A DNA stretch of 64,000 nucleotides, from assembly GCF_009914755.1 (NCBI RefSeq), contig NC_060929.1, one strand, 5' to 3'. This DNA is from the human T2T-CHM13v2.0 reference genome, Homo sapiens. The notes beneath the pieces were generated by a model. The model did no database searches and had not been told where the DNA came from. It was given only the letters and a program-made list of their open reading frames with translations. Below, piece by piece: positions 12,524-29,239 of the stretch (within the stretch, counting starts at the first letter, position 1; each line of letters starts with the position of its first letter). The position numbers and the translations under genes were made by a program.

Positions 12524-13924
12524 TACCATTACATGTCCATTTCCCTATACATTCACCAATACCAGATATTTTCAATCTTTAAAATATCTGCCAGTTTAAT
12601 GAACAAAATATGGGATTTCACTATTTTAACTCACACTTCCCACATCACTGGTGAGCTGTTTACTAGCCATTCATATTTTTTCTCTTCCGTGAAATACTTA
12701 ACTTAGAACCTTTTCCCATTTTCTTTTTCTTTTTACTTATGGAAATTGTTATGTATTCTGGATATTCCTTATTTGGTGTAAATGTTGTAAATCTATCTTC
12801 CTAGTCTGTCATTATTTTAACTTTGTTTATGCTGCCCACTGTCATATAGAAATTTAATTTTTAGAAATTTTTAGTTGAATTTATCAAATCTTTTTCTTTG
12901 AAACTTTTGTATTTTGTCTTGCTTCTATACCTCAAAGTTAAAAAATATTGTCCTCTACTTTTTTCTAAAACAGAGGTTTTGGCATAAAAGTCCTGTCTTT
13001 GCAAATCACTCAGGAAAACAGGTGGACACTAACTAAAGGCAGTTACTTCCCTACCCCTCCTGCTCCAACCCCTAGAGCTGTGAACTATAACCCAGGATCA
13101 CTTCCTTTTGATGCTGCTTTGCTGGGGTAGAAGGGGACTGTACAGTGAAGCTTTGACCTGAGGAGCTCTTCTGTAGGTGAAGAGTGGTTAACTATGGTTC
13201 CTGTGTGCCTGGGGCCCCCCACTCCTAGGACTCATCCACCCCCTACCCAGAACTTACTAGTACTAGCATGGACTGGGGCCCCCTCCATTCCAGTGCCTGA
13301 TGGGATAGCTGATACTCATGGATGAAAAGCAGTTTGTAGGCTAAAATAAAAAGATATTTTAAGAATATATTTCTTTTTTTTTTTTTAGAGATGGAGTCTG
13401 GCTCTGTTGCCTAGGCTGGAGTGCAGTAGTGTGATCTCGGTTCACTGCAACCTCTGCATCCCAGATTCAAGCAGTTCTCCTGCCTCACCTCCTGAGTAGC
13501 TGGGACTACAGGTGCACTCTGCCACACCCAGCTAATTTCGTTTGTATTTTAGTAGAGACAGGGTTTCACCGTGTTGCCCAGGCTGGTCTCGAACTCCTGA
13601 GCTCAGGCCATCTGCCCGCCTCGGCCTCCCAAAGTGCTAGAATTGCAGGCATGAGCCACCACGCCTGGCCAAGAGTACATTTCAAAAGAAAAACAACACA
13701 ATCAACTACAAGTTTTGGTCAGGAGCAACAATATTAGAACTGCTGACCAAGAATTTTAAACTGGGGAGCGGTAACCATACTAAAAGAAATGAGAAAATAT
13801 TAGCAATATGAAACAAGGACAAGAAGAAGAGAGCCAAGCAAAAACATTAGGTGTGAACAATATAATAGTTGAAATGAAGAACACGGTATATAGCAGGAAT
13901 AACAGAATGGTTATAATGTAATCA

Positions 13925-14572
<648 letters not shown>

Positions 14573-14890
14573 TCAAGATACTACCATTTATGATGGTGGT
14601 TGGAGTGATGGAGCTTCCTATATTTAATTTCCTATATCTAAATTTCTTTAGATAAAATTGTTTAAAAGAGTAGCCAGGTGCAGTGGTGTGCGCCTATGGT
14701 CCCAGCTACTCGGGAGGCTGAGGCAAGTGGCTTGCTTGAGCATTTTTTTTTTTTTGTTTTTTTTGAGACAGAGTCTCGCTCTGTTGCCCAGGCCTGTCTT
14801 CTTGTTTATAATCTGAGACAGAGCCACAGATGCACAACATTCAAGCATTTATTCCTACTTCTTCTATACAGGTACTGAGATGGAGTTTTA

Positions 14891-15106
<216 letters not shown>

Positions 15107-15901
15107 TCAAATACACTTTCATAACCTGTCCTCTGATACCACTGAGAAACTTAGGCACATGTAGGCACTGTGTCACTAGATGCAAGAGTACAGCTTAAAG
15201 ACTGGAAGCAATGTGGATATCGGGACAAGCCATTATAACCACTTGTTTCTAGTCTCCTGGTCACCAGAGAAACCAGCACCAGCTGTTACTGCCCTGGATC
15301 TCCACCCTGCCAAAGCCTCCCCACAAGTCCTAGAATATACCACTAGTGACTGGGAGCTAGAGCAATTTCCACTCCCAAGCTGGGTCCTGCCACGAGGGAT
15401 ATATCAGGAAGAATTCTCTCGTGATAACCAGGTTCTTATGTACTTTTAATAATTGAGATATATCATGGGTGAATAAGAATTTCCCATAAAGCAACATTTG
15501 GAACATAGGTTAGGTACTGCCCAAAATCCACAGCATATTTTATAGTAAACGGGTGAAAACAAACCTCATGGTGTCTATTTAGTTCAGAATGTCTTTAACT
15601 GATCCACAGGCTATGGACTTTCCTCCTCTCCTCAGTTAATAACAGGACTTTCCCAACCCTAACTATTGCTTAAACAAAATTCATTCTGCAAATGGATGGA
15701 AATACATTTAAAATAATTTTCTAAATCACAGAAATTTCCTTCAGTCCTAGGAATCTCATTATTCTAAACCTGAAGCTCCACAATTTCTTATCCTAACAGA
15801 TCTAGATATTTATCGTAACTGAGCTGGACTGAAACAGTAAAATAAAAGAACTCTGAATCTTGTTTAGCCTATGAAACAGGTTAACTACTGAAAATACATT
15901 G

Positions 15902-16130
15902 ACAGGGAGCTAAGCTATGAGGATGCAAAGGCATAAGATACAATGGACTATGGGGACTTTGGGGAAAGGGCTGGGGGTAGTGAGGGATAAAAGACTACAC
16001 ATTGGGTACAGTGTACCCTGCTCAGTTGATGGGTGCACCGAAATCTCAGAAATTGCCACTAAAAACTTATCCATGTAACCAAACGCCACCTGTTACCCAA
16101 AAACCTATTGAAATAAAAAATTTTCAAAAA
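15902..16130 (+). mobile_element. 5'-truncated L1PB-type 3' end
   Basis: GGGAGCTAAGCTATGAGGATGCAAAGGCATAAGA...GGGATAAAAGACTACACATTGGGTACAGTGTA; AATAAA and A-rich tail; flanking direct repeat AAATACATTG. Confidence 0.8.
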
Positions 16131-17753
16131 GCAAATACATTGGCTACTCCATAACATCAGCTCCCCAAAGAGACAGTCAGGCTGCTAAATCATGCTCAGT
16201 CACTCACTAAGAAAGCCCTTGTACAGTTAATTAGAAGCAGCTATGTGTGTGAGTTTTAGAAAATAACCAAAAGGGGAAAAATTGTAGCTCAATGAGATGA
16301 TTACTAATGAGGAAGACAGAGAGAGGAACAAGTAATAAGGTGAATGTTGCTTTGAACTTCAAGACTAGGCAAAATTTTTATTTTTTTGAGACAGGGTCTC
16401 TGCACAGGCTGGAGTGCAGTTGCACAATAATAGCTCACTGCAACCTCAAACTTCTGGGCTTATGTAATTCCCTTCACTTCAGCCTCCCAAGTAGCTGGTA
16501 CTACAGGTACACACCACCACACCTAGCTACTTGCTAAATTTTTAGTAGAGACAAGGTCTCACTGTGTTGCCCAGGCTGGTCTCGAACTCCTGGCCTCAAG
16601 CAATCCTCCTGCCTTGGCCTCCCAAAGTGCAGTCTGGTGGCTCCCACACCCAGCCCCAAATATTTCAAAGTACAAGAATCATATAAAATGAATTTAAGAG
16701 AGCTGATTATTAAAAAATGGCTTGTAATGTATGCACAAAGTCTGTATTTTTTTAGCTTCCTTCAGATAGAAGCTGGCGAATGTAATAGAAGGCCAAAGGA
16801 AAAGTGTAGACAAGCATGTTAACCAAAGAACACAGTATATCCTTTATGTGTAAGATTTCTTCTCCCGCTGTGTTTCATTTGGTATAGTATGGCTTATCCA
16901 TATTTAATTGGATTTATTTAATTATTAGTATAATAAAAATTTGTTTCCTGTACATTCATTCTGGGCAGAGGAGATACGTAATTACATTTCACTCAAGGTC
17001 TTAGTTTTGTGAACGCAATAGCTCACAACTATGTACTTCCAAAAGAAGCAACTCTCAGGACACACCTGGGAATTAAACAGTCTTTTCTAGAATATGACGT
17101 AAAAACCTCAAAATGTGATGGGACTGTCATTGTTAATCCAGTGGCTTTTAAATTCTTTTGGCCACAACCCTCGGTAAGCATACATTTTACATCATGATCC
17201 AGTAAACAGACATCTTCACATAAAAATATAAACTTAAATAGATATTTCCTGAAACCATTCTGATATTTTAAATTCCATTCTATTTCATTATTTTTTAAAT
17301 GTTAGTCAAGTTCCACAGATTGAAAAACAGGAAGCCTAACAGTTCAGCTCTTCTAGGAAAAAAAAATTCTTTTTTAATTCATATCTACAATATGAATTCT
17401 AAAGTCCCCATGTTAATATACTAGAACACTTTATAGTAACATTGAAAAGTAGAAATAAAAGAACTCCAAATTGAATACATACACTGATCACAACTTTGCA
17501 GAAAACCAAGGCATATGAAAGAAGCCAGGAAAAGGCCAATGAGTCTATTAAGCTAAAGAGATTTTTTAATAGATCTTCTCATATTATTGAAGCATTTAAT
17601 TGTTTTAATTTAAAATAGCACAATGTTCAATTTAAAAAATGTCTTTATGTGTCATAACAATCACAAACTACCCAAAACAAGAAAAAAGGGAAGAGATGGT
17701 CTAGCTCACTCAGGAACGTGAGGTTCAAAAAAGTGAAGTGCCCCATGTAGTCA

Positions 17754-18128
<375 letters not shown>

Positions 18129-18164
18129 TTATATATCTTCTTTTTAAAAAGATTGATTGATTGA

Positions 18165-18435
<271 letters not shown>

Positions 18436-19186
18436 TGAGCCACCATGCCCAGGATACTTATATACCTTCTGATTAGACTTCCTTGTCCCAATTCAGTAGA
18501 TAAAAGTGATTCTCCAACAAAACACTCTACTGCCTTGTACAAATATGAATCATATTCCAACTTGGTGTATCAGAATAAAGAGGTAGCAATTTAGGCAACA
18601 CAGAGGATTCATGAAACCATAAGATATGCTCTATGCTCTTAGGTCCCTTGCAGTCTAGCCAAAATGGCCAAGCCATAGAATGGAGGGGTAGAAACCTATT
18701 ATTTAATTTAACCTTCATAATAGCCATGTAGGATAGGTATTGTTCCTGTATTTGAGCAGAAGAAACCGAGGCTTAGTGTAGAGAAATAACATGTGCAGGG
18801 CACCCAGCTACAAGTAGCAAGGATTGGTCTTACACTTAAAATTAACTCCAAAGCCTGTGCTTTGTTCACTATCCTATGCTATTTTACTAATTAAGAAAAC
18901 AGTTCAGTGGCAAGCTGGATAGCACTCAGCAAAATGTCCGGTACAAAGTAGGCATTTAATATTTATTGAATTACTATACATACAATAGGAGGTCACAATC
19001 TTACTTTTGGAGGGGACCCCAGAGAAAGGTTAAACTGGCCACAGAGCAGAAAAATAGGAGGCAGGGTCATAGTCTCAGTGTCCAGATCCCTGGAGGTCCA
19101 TTCTACCCTCCACTCTACTCACCTGGATTTGCAGGGGGGAACTATCAGAAGTGAACAGGATAGTGTTCTGAGTTGGTGTCCTAGTC

Positions 19187-19338
19187 CACTGGTCCTCAAA
19201 CTTAGATGATCATCCACATCCATCTACAGAACTTATTAAAAATATACACGCCTGGGTCCTTCTTCAGACCTAGTGATTCAGCTGCTCTTACAAGGCTGTG
19301 CAGGTGATCATAATGCAGAACTGTGTTTGGAAACCACC
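19187..19338. mobile_element. MER5-like hAT relic
   Basis: CACTGGTCCTCAAACTT ... CAGGTGATCATAATGCAG ... TTTGGAAACCAC termini. Confidence 0.55.
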
Positions 19339-19913
19339 TCAAAGTTCCAGTCTTCACAGCACCTGCCCTACGTGTTCTAAGAAAGGAAATCCAAATGGCC
19401 AGTTTGGGTATAATCAGCTGTAGCCAGAGGGCAGGCTACCCCTTTCCAGTAATGAGTGAGAGGCCAAAAGAGAAGAAAAGTTGGACGTAGAAGTCAAACT
19501 GAATAATGTCTCTACTAAAATTAGAATAAGTCAACTCTAATATGATCTAGAACCCTCACCTGAATATTCTGAAATTTGTAAAAGGATTCAAGATAACAAC
19601 ACTGAAATAAAACTGTTCACTAAGATTTCAAGAACTGCATCTAAAAGCCCTGTATCTGTCTAGCTGGAACTTCAGCCTGCACAGCTAACCCCTAGAGGAG
19701 TTCTGGAATGACCCCATGGCAACAGGCAACAATTCCTACCACTCTCTCCACAGGCCTGGTCCACTCTTTTACAGGCTCCTCTGTCTCTAGTACCGCCTCA
19801 TCCTCTGGCAGTCACACTGATCCTGGGCTCAGAACTAACACACCCACATACAGCTTCTGTGGACAGACACCACAGTCTTACTGCTCTCTGCACACCTTAC
19901 TGTCATATTCTCA

Positions 19914-20180
<267 letters not shown>

Positions 20181-20564
20181 TCAAATTCTACATTTTATAT
20201 AGACAAAATGAAATTTAAAGAGAAAGGAGTTATATTAAAATGAATTTTAATTTATTAAACTAGAAGGTTACAGAGCATGTGTATGTAAAGGGCAGTAGAC
20301 TGTTTACATTTTGGCACATCCGTACAATGAAATATTCTGAAGCCTTTAAAAAGGGTATTGACAGGGAAAGATGTCCAAGATACAGTGTTGAGTGTAAAAA
20401 GTGAATTCTAATTTTTTGTTTAAAAAAAGATGTTTTTATATGTTTACAGACCAAGAATGATATCCAGAAAGATATGCAATACATTTCAAATTGTATAAAG
20501 TTAATCCTGAATAACAGAATTTTACTTAAGGTCTTTCCAATGAGTATGTACTAAAATTGATTAA

Positions 20565-21046
<482 letters not shown>

Positions 21047-21063
21047 TGAGAAAACAGCTAATA

Positions 21064-21386
<323 letters not shown>

Positions 21387-23399
21387 CAGCTAATGATTTT
21401 TTTTTTTTTTTTACAAATTTCTCTAACAATGGTCAGATATAATCTGTTTTGTTTTAGAGCATTAAAAGGCCTTCAACACACACACCCACAAAGAGACACA
21501 CAAGGAGAAAAGAGAGCCACACAGCCCATCACATGAAATTGACTCATTTTAACTTTCTACTTAAATAATACAAACTATCATAAGTTACTGATTACACTGA
21601 ACTATGGAATGGCCAGGGCTTTCCCTTCATTTCTTCTCAGTGCTTTTCTGGCTTTGCAGCATTTCACCACCCTTAGTTTGTAGCTCTGTATTCTAGCTCT
21701 ACTACTTACTAGATATATGACCCTGGGCAAGTTATCCAATCTCTCTGAGCCTTAGTTTGTTCACCTATCTAGTATGGATAAGCCTCATTGTGTTGTTGTG
21801 AAGATTAAAGTAGTTAATATATGTAAAGCACTAAGAAAGTCTCAGTAAATACTCCCTTAACAGGTATTAATTATAGTACAGTAATAACTTATTATTATAG
21901 GGAGATAAAAGATTAAGAAGAAAAGAGAGAGATAAGAAGACTCTAGTTTCTTTGTTTAAGTAGCTGTCAGAGGGTTTATATGGCTAATAAGGCTAAAAGG
22001 AGATTAGAGTTACCCATCAATTTTAATTATACCCTACTCCAAATCCCATATGCTACAGGTAGTAAGAAGTTAGCTGAAATCCCCAAATTCATGTTTGCAG
22101 GTAGTGGGAAGAAATTTGAACATTGCTGAAAACATTTTTCAGGCCCACTCTGCAATGGTAGAATGGCAGAAATTCTTTACATTGGCATTGGACTGGTACA
22201 TATATGAACACAACTCACTGGCCATCCCTCATCCAGTACACTGGGCCCCAGTAACTGGTACCAGTTCACTCCACCCTTGCTGGCCCATCTACTTGTTCAC
22301 ACCTTGGCTGCTATTTTCTGAAAGCAAAGGCAAGAACCAAGGATGGCCAAAGAATAGCATTAACATGTGAAGAAAACAAGGTTGAGCAGAGATGATTCTG
22401 GGCTGGAATCTCCTTCCCAAATTAAGTGTCATCTTTCAGAAAACCTAAGATATTCCCTGACCCATGACACAAGTAAGCTGTACATTCTCTAAGGACTTTA
22501 GGTGACAATGATGTGTCAATGTATGTTCACCAATTATAAAAAACAGCACTCTGACCAGGCACAATGGCTCACGCCTGTAATCGCAGCATTTTGGGAGGCC
22601 AAGGAGGGTGGATCACTTGAGGTCAGGAGTTCAAGGCCAGACTGGCCAACATGGTGATACCCCGTCTCTACTAAAAATACAAAAATTAGCCAGGCATAGT
22701 GGTGTGCACCTGTAGTCCCAGCTACTCGGGAGGCTGAAGCAGGAGAATTACTTGAACCCGGGAGGTGGAGCTGCAGTGAGCTGAGATCGTGCCACTGCAC
22801 TCCAGCCTGGGCGACAGAGCAGGACTCCATCTCAAAAAAAAACAAAGACAAAAACATACCCCTCTTGTAGGTGATGCTGATGGTAGAGGAGGCTGTGTAT
22901 GTGTAGGCGTAGTGGGTACATGGGAAATCTTTGTATCTTCTGCTCAATTTCACTGTGAACCTAAAATTGCTCTAAAAAATAAAATCCATTTAAAAACAAA
23001 AAAGAGAAAAAAAAACTTCACTTACCACCTAGGCATTCTATAATACCAGATTTTTAAAACTATTTTATTACCATCATGCCATTTTGGTTGTTTTGATCTG
23101 GAGAGAGTATCTGTCCCCATAAATCTAGATACCATATATATGCTAATAACTTCCAAATTTATATCTGCAGCTCAATCTCTCCATTGTACACTGCCTGGCA
23201 GTTAACTATTCACTGCTGAATGATGGTCACCAGCATGATCAGATTGTCATGGTAACACTGCTGCTTCAAAAATCCTATTACAGCAACCGGTCACTATCAT
23301 TGCTCAAGGAAATAGCAGACACTGTTCCTTGCCTATCAATTAGCCAGTCCTTCCTACTCACCCACAGAGCCCTGATTTTATATACATGTACCTGGCAAA

Positions 23400-23860
23400 T
23401 CTGTCTTGACTCAGGGAAGCTAGGCTCCTGCCCCAGGCCTAGGGGATAAATCAAAGTTAGTACAAATCCACCATGGTAATCCCATTGCTTTTTGCTAGAT
23501 ACTGACTTTCTTAGCCCCCTTGGAGTTAAGGGTATCCATGTGACACAGTTCTGACCAATGAAACAGAAAAGGAAATACGGTAGAAGGCTTTGGGACAAAA
23601 TTTTCCTCTGCTGATAAAATATGAGAGGCGCACAAATAAAAGGTCTTCCAGCTTCCTGCTCTTGAAAGCCTTAGCGCTATATGGCAACAATCTTGTTATA
23701 TATTAAGGAAACAGGCGTGGGCGAGGAAGATTATACTCCAAAGTCGCTGGAAAAGAGCATGGATTTCTGCTGTAGCGCCTTGAAATTTCAACCTCCAGAC
23801 TTCTTACATGAGGTAATTCAAGGTCATTATTCTTTAGGCCACTGTAAATGGCTGCAGCTC
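23400..23860 (+). mobile_element. Possible ancient ERVL LTR (LTR16-like) relic
   Basis: CCATGTGACACAGTTCTGACCAATGA and CCATGGTAATCCCATT motifs resemble the LTR16 family; heavily diverged. Confidence 0.4.
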
Positions 23861-25822
23861 ACTGAACTGACATAAAAGGTGTGCATCATCACCAAAAGCT
23901 TTCTAAGCTAAGCTTAAGCTCGGTATTGGTCAAAATGTGCTCTTCTTCTTTTGCTGAGGTTTCATCTATCAATCAATATTTCAAAATACTTACAGCTAAT
24001 GCTTACTTGGAGGGAGACAGGAAAGGGACAACCTTCCATACTATTTTTCAAATTATTTCAGACACAATAAATCCATCTGGAAAAACATCCACTTTTACAA
24101 GTTCTTAATTCAGATCTATTTTGTTCTTACCATGCAAAATAGATCAAATGCTTTTTTATATGTGAACTGTACAACCTTTTTATATTTCTGTTTTGAGTTC
24201 TTGCTTTTAGGACCAAGTTCACATTTCTTATGCATAAGATTTAATATTAAAAAATTGTTAGTCCAACTTATACTCAATGCTTAGGAACATATACACCATT
24301 GTACCAGTACAGAAGAAAACCACTAGCCATATCACATATTTTTAACTTGGAAGAACAAAACTTTACTGTGTTTTATTCTTTGAATAATGATGTCTTAAGC
24401 TGATTTAAGTACAGGAAAAAAATAATAAGACAAGGAACAAAAAATGAAAGTGAAAAAATAAATGAAAGAAAATACTCTTAGGAAGGTTTTTCCTTAAATC
24501 AATGAAAAGCTTAATGACACAAAGTTAAAGAACTATGACTATGATTAAGTCAATTTTCCTCTTTATATGTTAATGAAACTAACTCCCCTTAATTGAGCAC
24601 TTACAGAATGCCTGATTTGTCCTAAACGTTTGACATATATTATCCCAACTCCCCCCAACCCTATCCCCACCTTTTACATATGAGAAAACTGAATTTTATA
24701 AAAGTTAAGCTGTTTGCTCAAGAGGTAATAATCAGCTCCATATACACATGCTTTTGGCTACTCACACCTAAGACACATAGGTACATACTATGTGTTCTGT
24801 GCATGGTTCATAAGTAACTCAGTTGCTACAATTCAAACTAGCCAAATGACATAAAATTAAGTAATAGTATGTCTTCACAGCATTGGCTTTATTATTCAAA
24901 CCAGTTGTACCAATATCAACTATTTACCAGAGACTGACAGTGTGGAAAAAAAAGCAGTTCATTAAAATATATCTATATATCCATTTATACCCATATATAT
25001 TTTAATTTTATCCATATATATGGATAAAAAGCTTTAAGATGTCCTATTGGTAAAGAACAGAAAGGAATCATCTTCTGGTCCATCTGCTTTATATTTTATT
25101 TCTAATGTGGTAACTTATGTTTAATAGCAAATATTCCAGAGGTTAAGATAGGTTCTTTGGAAATTGAATATGAAGAACATGGACCATAATGTTTATAATC
25201 CTTTTTGTTATGGCAGACACATAACTTGACCATCCTCCATGCCCACCATGCATGGGATTGCTTTTGGCTGTATTTATCAGAGAGTATGATGTAGGAATTC
25301 TTAGTAATTCAAAATGGTTTTCCTATTATCAGTACCTCAAATAAGAAGGAAAAAAGAATCAGACATTTTAAGACATAAACACTAGTTCGTTTCCATGCCA
25401 ATAAGGAAAATATTTTTCTCCTTCATAGAAAAAAAGAAGGCAGGAAACTATGCGTGATCAGAAAGTTACATATCTTTTTCACTGCAGAGTATATGTGCTT
25501 TTAAAGCAAGAGAGAAAACCAACAAACAGTACGAGAAAGACTAATGAAAGACTGACCGGGCACAGTGGCTCATGTCTGTAATCCCAACACTTTGGGAGGC
25601 CAAGGCAGATGGATCACCTAAGGTCATGAGTTCAAGACCAGCCTGGCCAACATGGTGAAACCCCATCTCTATTAAAAACACAAAAAATTGGTGGCAGATG
25701 CCTGTAATCCCAGCTACTTGGGAGGCTGAGGCAGGAGAATCGCTTGAACCCGGGAGGTGGAGGCTGCAGTGAGCTGATTGCGCCACTGCACTCCAGCCTG
25801 GGCAACAAGAGGGAAACTCCAT

Positions 25823-25959
25823 CAAGAAAGAAAGACAGAAAGAAAGAAAGACAGACAGACAGAAAGGAAAAGAAAGAAAAGAAAGAAAGAAAGGAAAGAA
25901 AGAAGAAAGAAAGAGAAAGAAAGAGAAAGAAAGAAAAAAAGAAAAGAAAAGAAAAAAGA
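25823..25959. repeat. (GAAA)n/(GACA)n-type purine-rich tract derived from an Alu tail
   Basis: About 135 nt, almost all purine, directly after the 3' end of an Alu. Confidence 0.9.
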
Positions 25960-26476
25960 TTACAGAGGCAGTGGAGTGAGAATAGCTAGAGCCTGGGAGG
26001 TCAAGGCTGCAGTGAGTCATGATTGCACCACTGCACTGCAGCCTGGGTGACAGAGTATGACCCTGGCTAAAAAAAAAAAAAAAAAAAAAAAAAATTAAGA
26101 TGAGTCTATAGAATACCTATAATGAAGTATAAAGAAAAAAATGCAGTCATTCAGTGGTCAAATCTTTTGGTGTTTAATTACAGTGATCTCATTTACCACT
26201 ATCCACCATTTTGTTTTTAAATGCAAAATGGAAGAGTCAGTCACAGTCAAATATAACAATGCGGAATGTGGACAGACATCCCTACACTTAAGACTGAATT
26301 GGTCCCAACACACCTGTGACCTATGTCAATTAACTTCAGTTTGTGGCCTTGATTTCCACATCTGTTACAGGTGGCTATCACCCTAGCAGCTTAGTCTCTA
26401 AGACCCCTTTTAGCTAACATTTTATAACTCAAAACTGAATGTGTGTGTGTTTGTGTGTGTGTGTGTGTGCACCCAG

Positions 26477-26994
26477 GAGTTTGAGACCAGCCTGGGCAAC
26501 ATGGCAAAACCCCATCTCTACAAAAAATACAAAAAATTAGTACACACCTGTAGTCCCAGCTACTCCAGAAGCTGAAGTGGGAGAATCACCTGAGCTTGAG
26601 AAAGTCAAGGCTGCAGTGAGCTGTGTTCATGCCATTGCACTCAGCCTGGGTGACAGAGTGAGACCCTGTCTCAAAAAAAACACACTCAAAAAAACCAGGC
26701 TGGAGTGCAGTGGCGCAATCTCGGCTCATTGCAACCTGTGCCTCCTGGGTTCAAGCAATTCTCCTTCCTCAGCCTCCCAAGTGTGTGTGTGTTTTTTTGA
26801 GACAGGGTCTCACTCTGTCACTCAGGCTGAGTGCAGTGGCATCAACACAGCTCACCACAGCCTTGACTTTCTCAAGCTCAGGTGATTCTCCCACTTCAGC
26901 TTCTGGAGTAGCTGGGACTACAGGCGTGTACTAATTTTTTGTATTTTTTGTAGAGATGGGGTTTTGCCATGTTGTCCAGGCTGGTCTCAAACTC
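26477..26994. repeat. Inverted duplication of an Alu-derived segment (arms about 209 bp, spacer about 101 bp)
   Basis: 26477-26685 is the reverse complement of 26787-26994, including non-consensus private variants. Confidence 0.9.
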
Positions 26995-29239
26995 AAGCAA
27001 TCCACCCATCTCAGCCTCCCTGCCTGTCCCCCCAAAAAAACTGTTTGAATGATTGATGGTAAAAAAGATTAATGCCAGGAGCAATAAAAGAGCAGATGCA
27101 AATCCCACTGGGACAACCCTTTGTCAATAAAACCAGTGGTTCTATAAGTATCTGTGTCAGATTGGTATCATAAAGTTTAACTTAATCTCAAGTAACCTCA
27201 CAACTTAGAAGGGGAACAACCTAAGCTGCCTTTTCCTAGGTAAAGGAGGGCCACCTTAGATGCGGACCGCAGTCTAGACAAGTGAGCGATCCCTTAACTA
27301 GATCACTTGGTCTATCAGAGGCTGCAGGATATATATAGTAGACACATGACTCAGAGTGACTGATAAGCTCCACTCCCTGGAATCAGGAAAGTGTGCAAGT
27401 GACAGAATGAAGTCAGGGTACGTTTCTACAGCCCCCACTTATATTTCAGCTGCTACAAAAAGTAATTTCATTCACAATTTTGAAATTGTTTTAAAACTTC
27501 TGCCATATTAATTCATACTTCCCCAAAATTAATTGTTAATGTTATGAATCACCACTAAATACCTTAACATGTTATATTTGTATTTATACTTGTTTTAAAT
27601 GCCATGTGAAAAAATTAAGTTGAAAACTGAGTCCTCATTCAAAGTCAGTCCTGAAAAAGAGAAGTCCAGGTCAGAAGGAGATGAGGGAGGCTACGACAGA
27701 AAGAAGGACAAATAGACTAAATCTCCAGGGCCTTCATAAAGAGAAAAAAAAAAGCTCATAAGGAACATTCCAGAATAGAGTATTAGAAATGAGATCCTCC
27801 TCCACAACTGCTTTAGAGCCCAGAAACTCTGATCATGAATAAATAATTTAAATCATTCATCTTATTTGCTTTTTAAAACTTTATTTTCTTTATGACACAG
27901 GCAAGCGGGCGAACCTTAACTGAAACGCTGGCTGTCATTATTTTACAAAATAGTCACAAGTTGTTATAAGGATATTTTTATTACTTTTTCATTTCTCCAC
28001 AACACTTTCATCTTAAAAGAGTCCAGCACTCTTAGCAGTAATGTTAAGTGAAACAAGGACAGTAAAAAAGTTGAGGAAGGTTAAATGTTTAAATGCTTAA
28101 GATTTCAGATTTAAATTAAGTAAATTAAAGATTTAAATGTTTAAGTAAATTGCTTAAGTCACAGTTTGCAGAATGCCTGTTATATTTTTTATCCAAGTGC
28201 ACATCGGCCAGAAGGCCACATTGGCTTGTGCTTCATACTACCCCAGAAGGCAAAGCGCAGGCATGCATTGCTCTGCTCTTCAACACTTTAACAAAGCACA
28301 TATAGATCCAGAGAGAAAAGCTAGTGTAATGGGAACATAGGCAGCTCAGTAGAAAATACATCTGCTCTGAAGTTCTCATGAGTAAAAAAGAACAAAACAT
28401 AATTACAATTTAAAAAAAAAAAAAAAAACCCACAAGAAAACAAATACACCCCCTACTAATGAGTCCAAGAAGAGAACTACAAATACACATCCTCCAGTAC
28501 TGTTAAGGAAACAGCTCTGCTTCCAGTGACTAGCTGCAAAACAGAAAGTGTCTGTTCACAACTGTCATTCACACCACGGTGACTTTCTCAAAGTCTCCTC
28601 TGGGTAATAAACCTCTTTAGGAGTCTGTCAATGCACACCTTAAGCAAGTAGACTGCAACTCTTTTTAACTTGTGTTCCCCAGAATGTGTCCTCCCTTTGT
28701 GTGCTGAGCATCATTTAGCTAAGAGGATGCTGTTGCTTTTACTTGTGGTTAACTGTGTTACAACTCTTGTAGATATTTTCATTGTTTTTTTTCTTCAAAT
28801 TAACCTTCTTGCCATCCCTTTCTGATCTGACCTCGATAGGGGTCATCCCCAAACATCTTCCCTTGAGATACTTGTCTCTTGAAACAGAACTAAAGGCAAC
28901 GCTGCATCCCCTTAGGAAATCCAGTTCAGTGTGCCATTTTCAGGTGGCCTTGTGCTAGTAAAACAGAGCAAGCCTCTGCTGTCATAAGTCAAAGCTACAT
29001 AACAGATAAGAAAAGTTGTTAGTAACATATTCTAACTAATGTCTACAAAACACAGTCAATGCCTATGTGTGCAGATATATGATTTGGGATGACAGTACCT
29101 TATTTGAGAGGAAAAATACACTGCACAAAGGTAATGTATTGACAGGGTCAACTGTTTTTTTGAAAGGCCTACATTTTTTAATTTTCATCTCTACATAAGG
29201 TGATGTTGTGTTTGTGGGACATTCAAAGAGCCACAAGGG

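Noticed and set aside
25541-26050. Lys/Glu/Arg-rich and Phe/Leu/Ser-rich ORFs
   Set aside because: Translations of the (GAAA)n tract and its flanking Alus.
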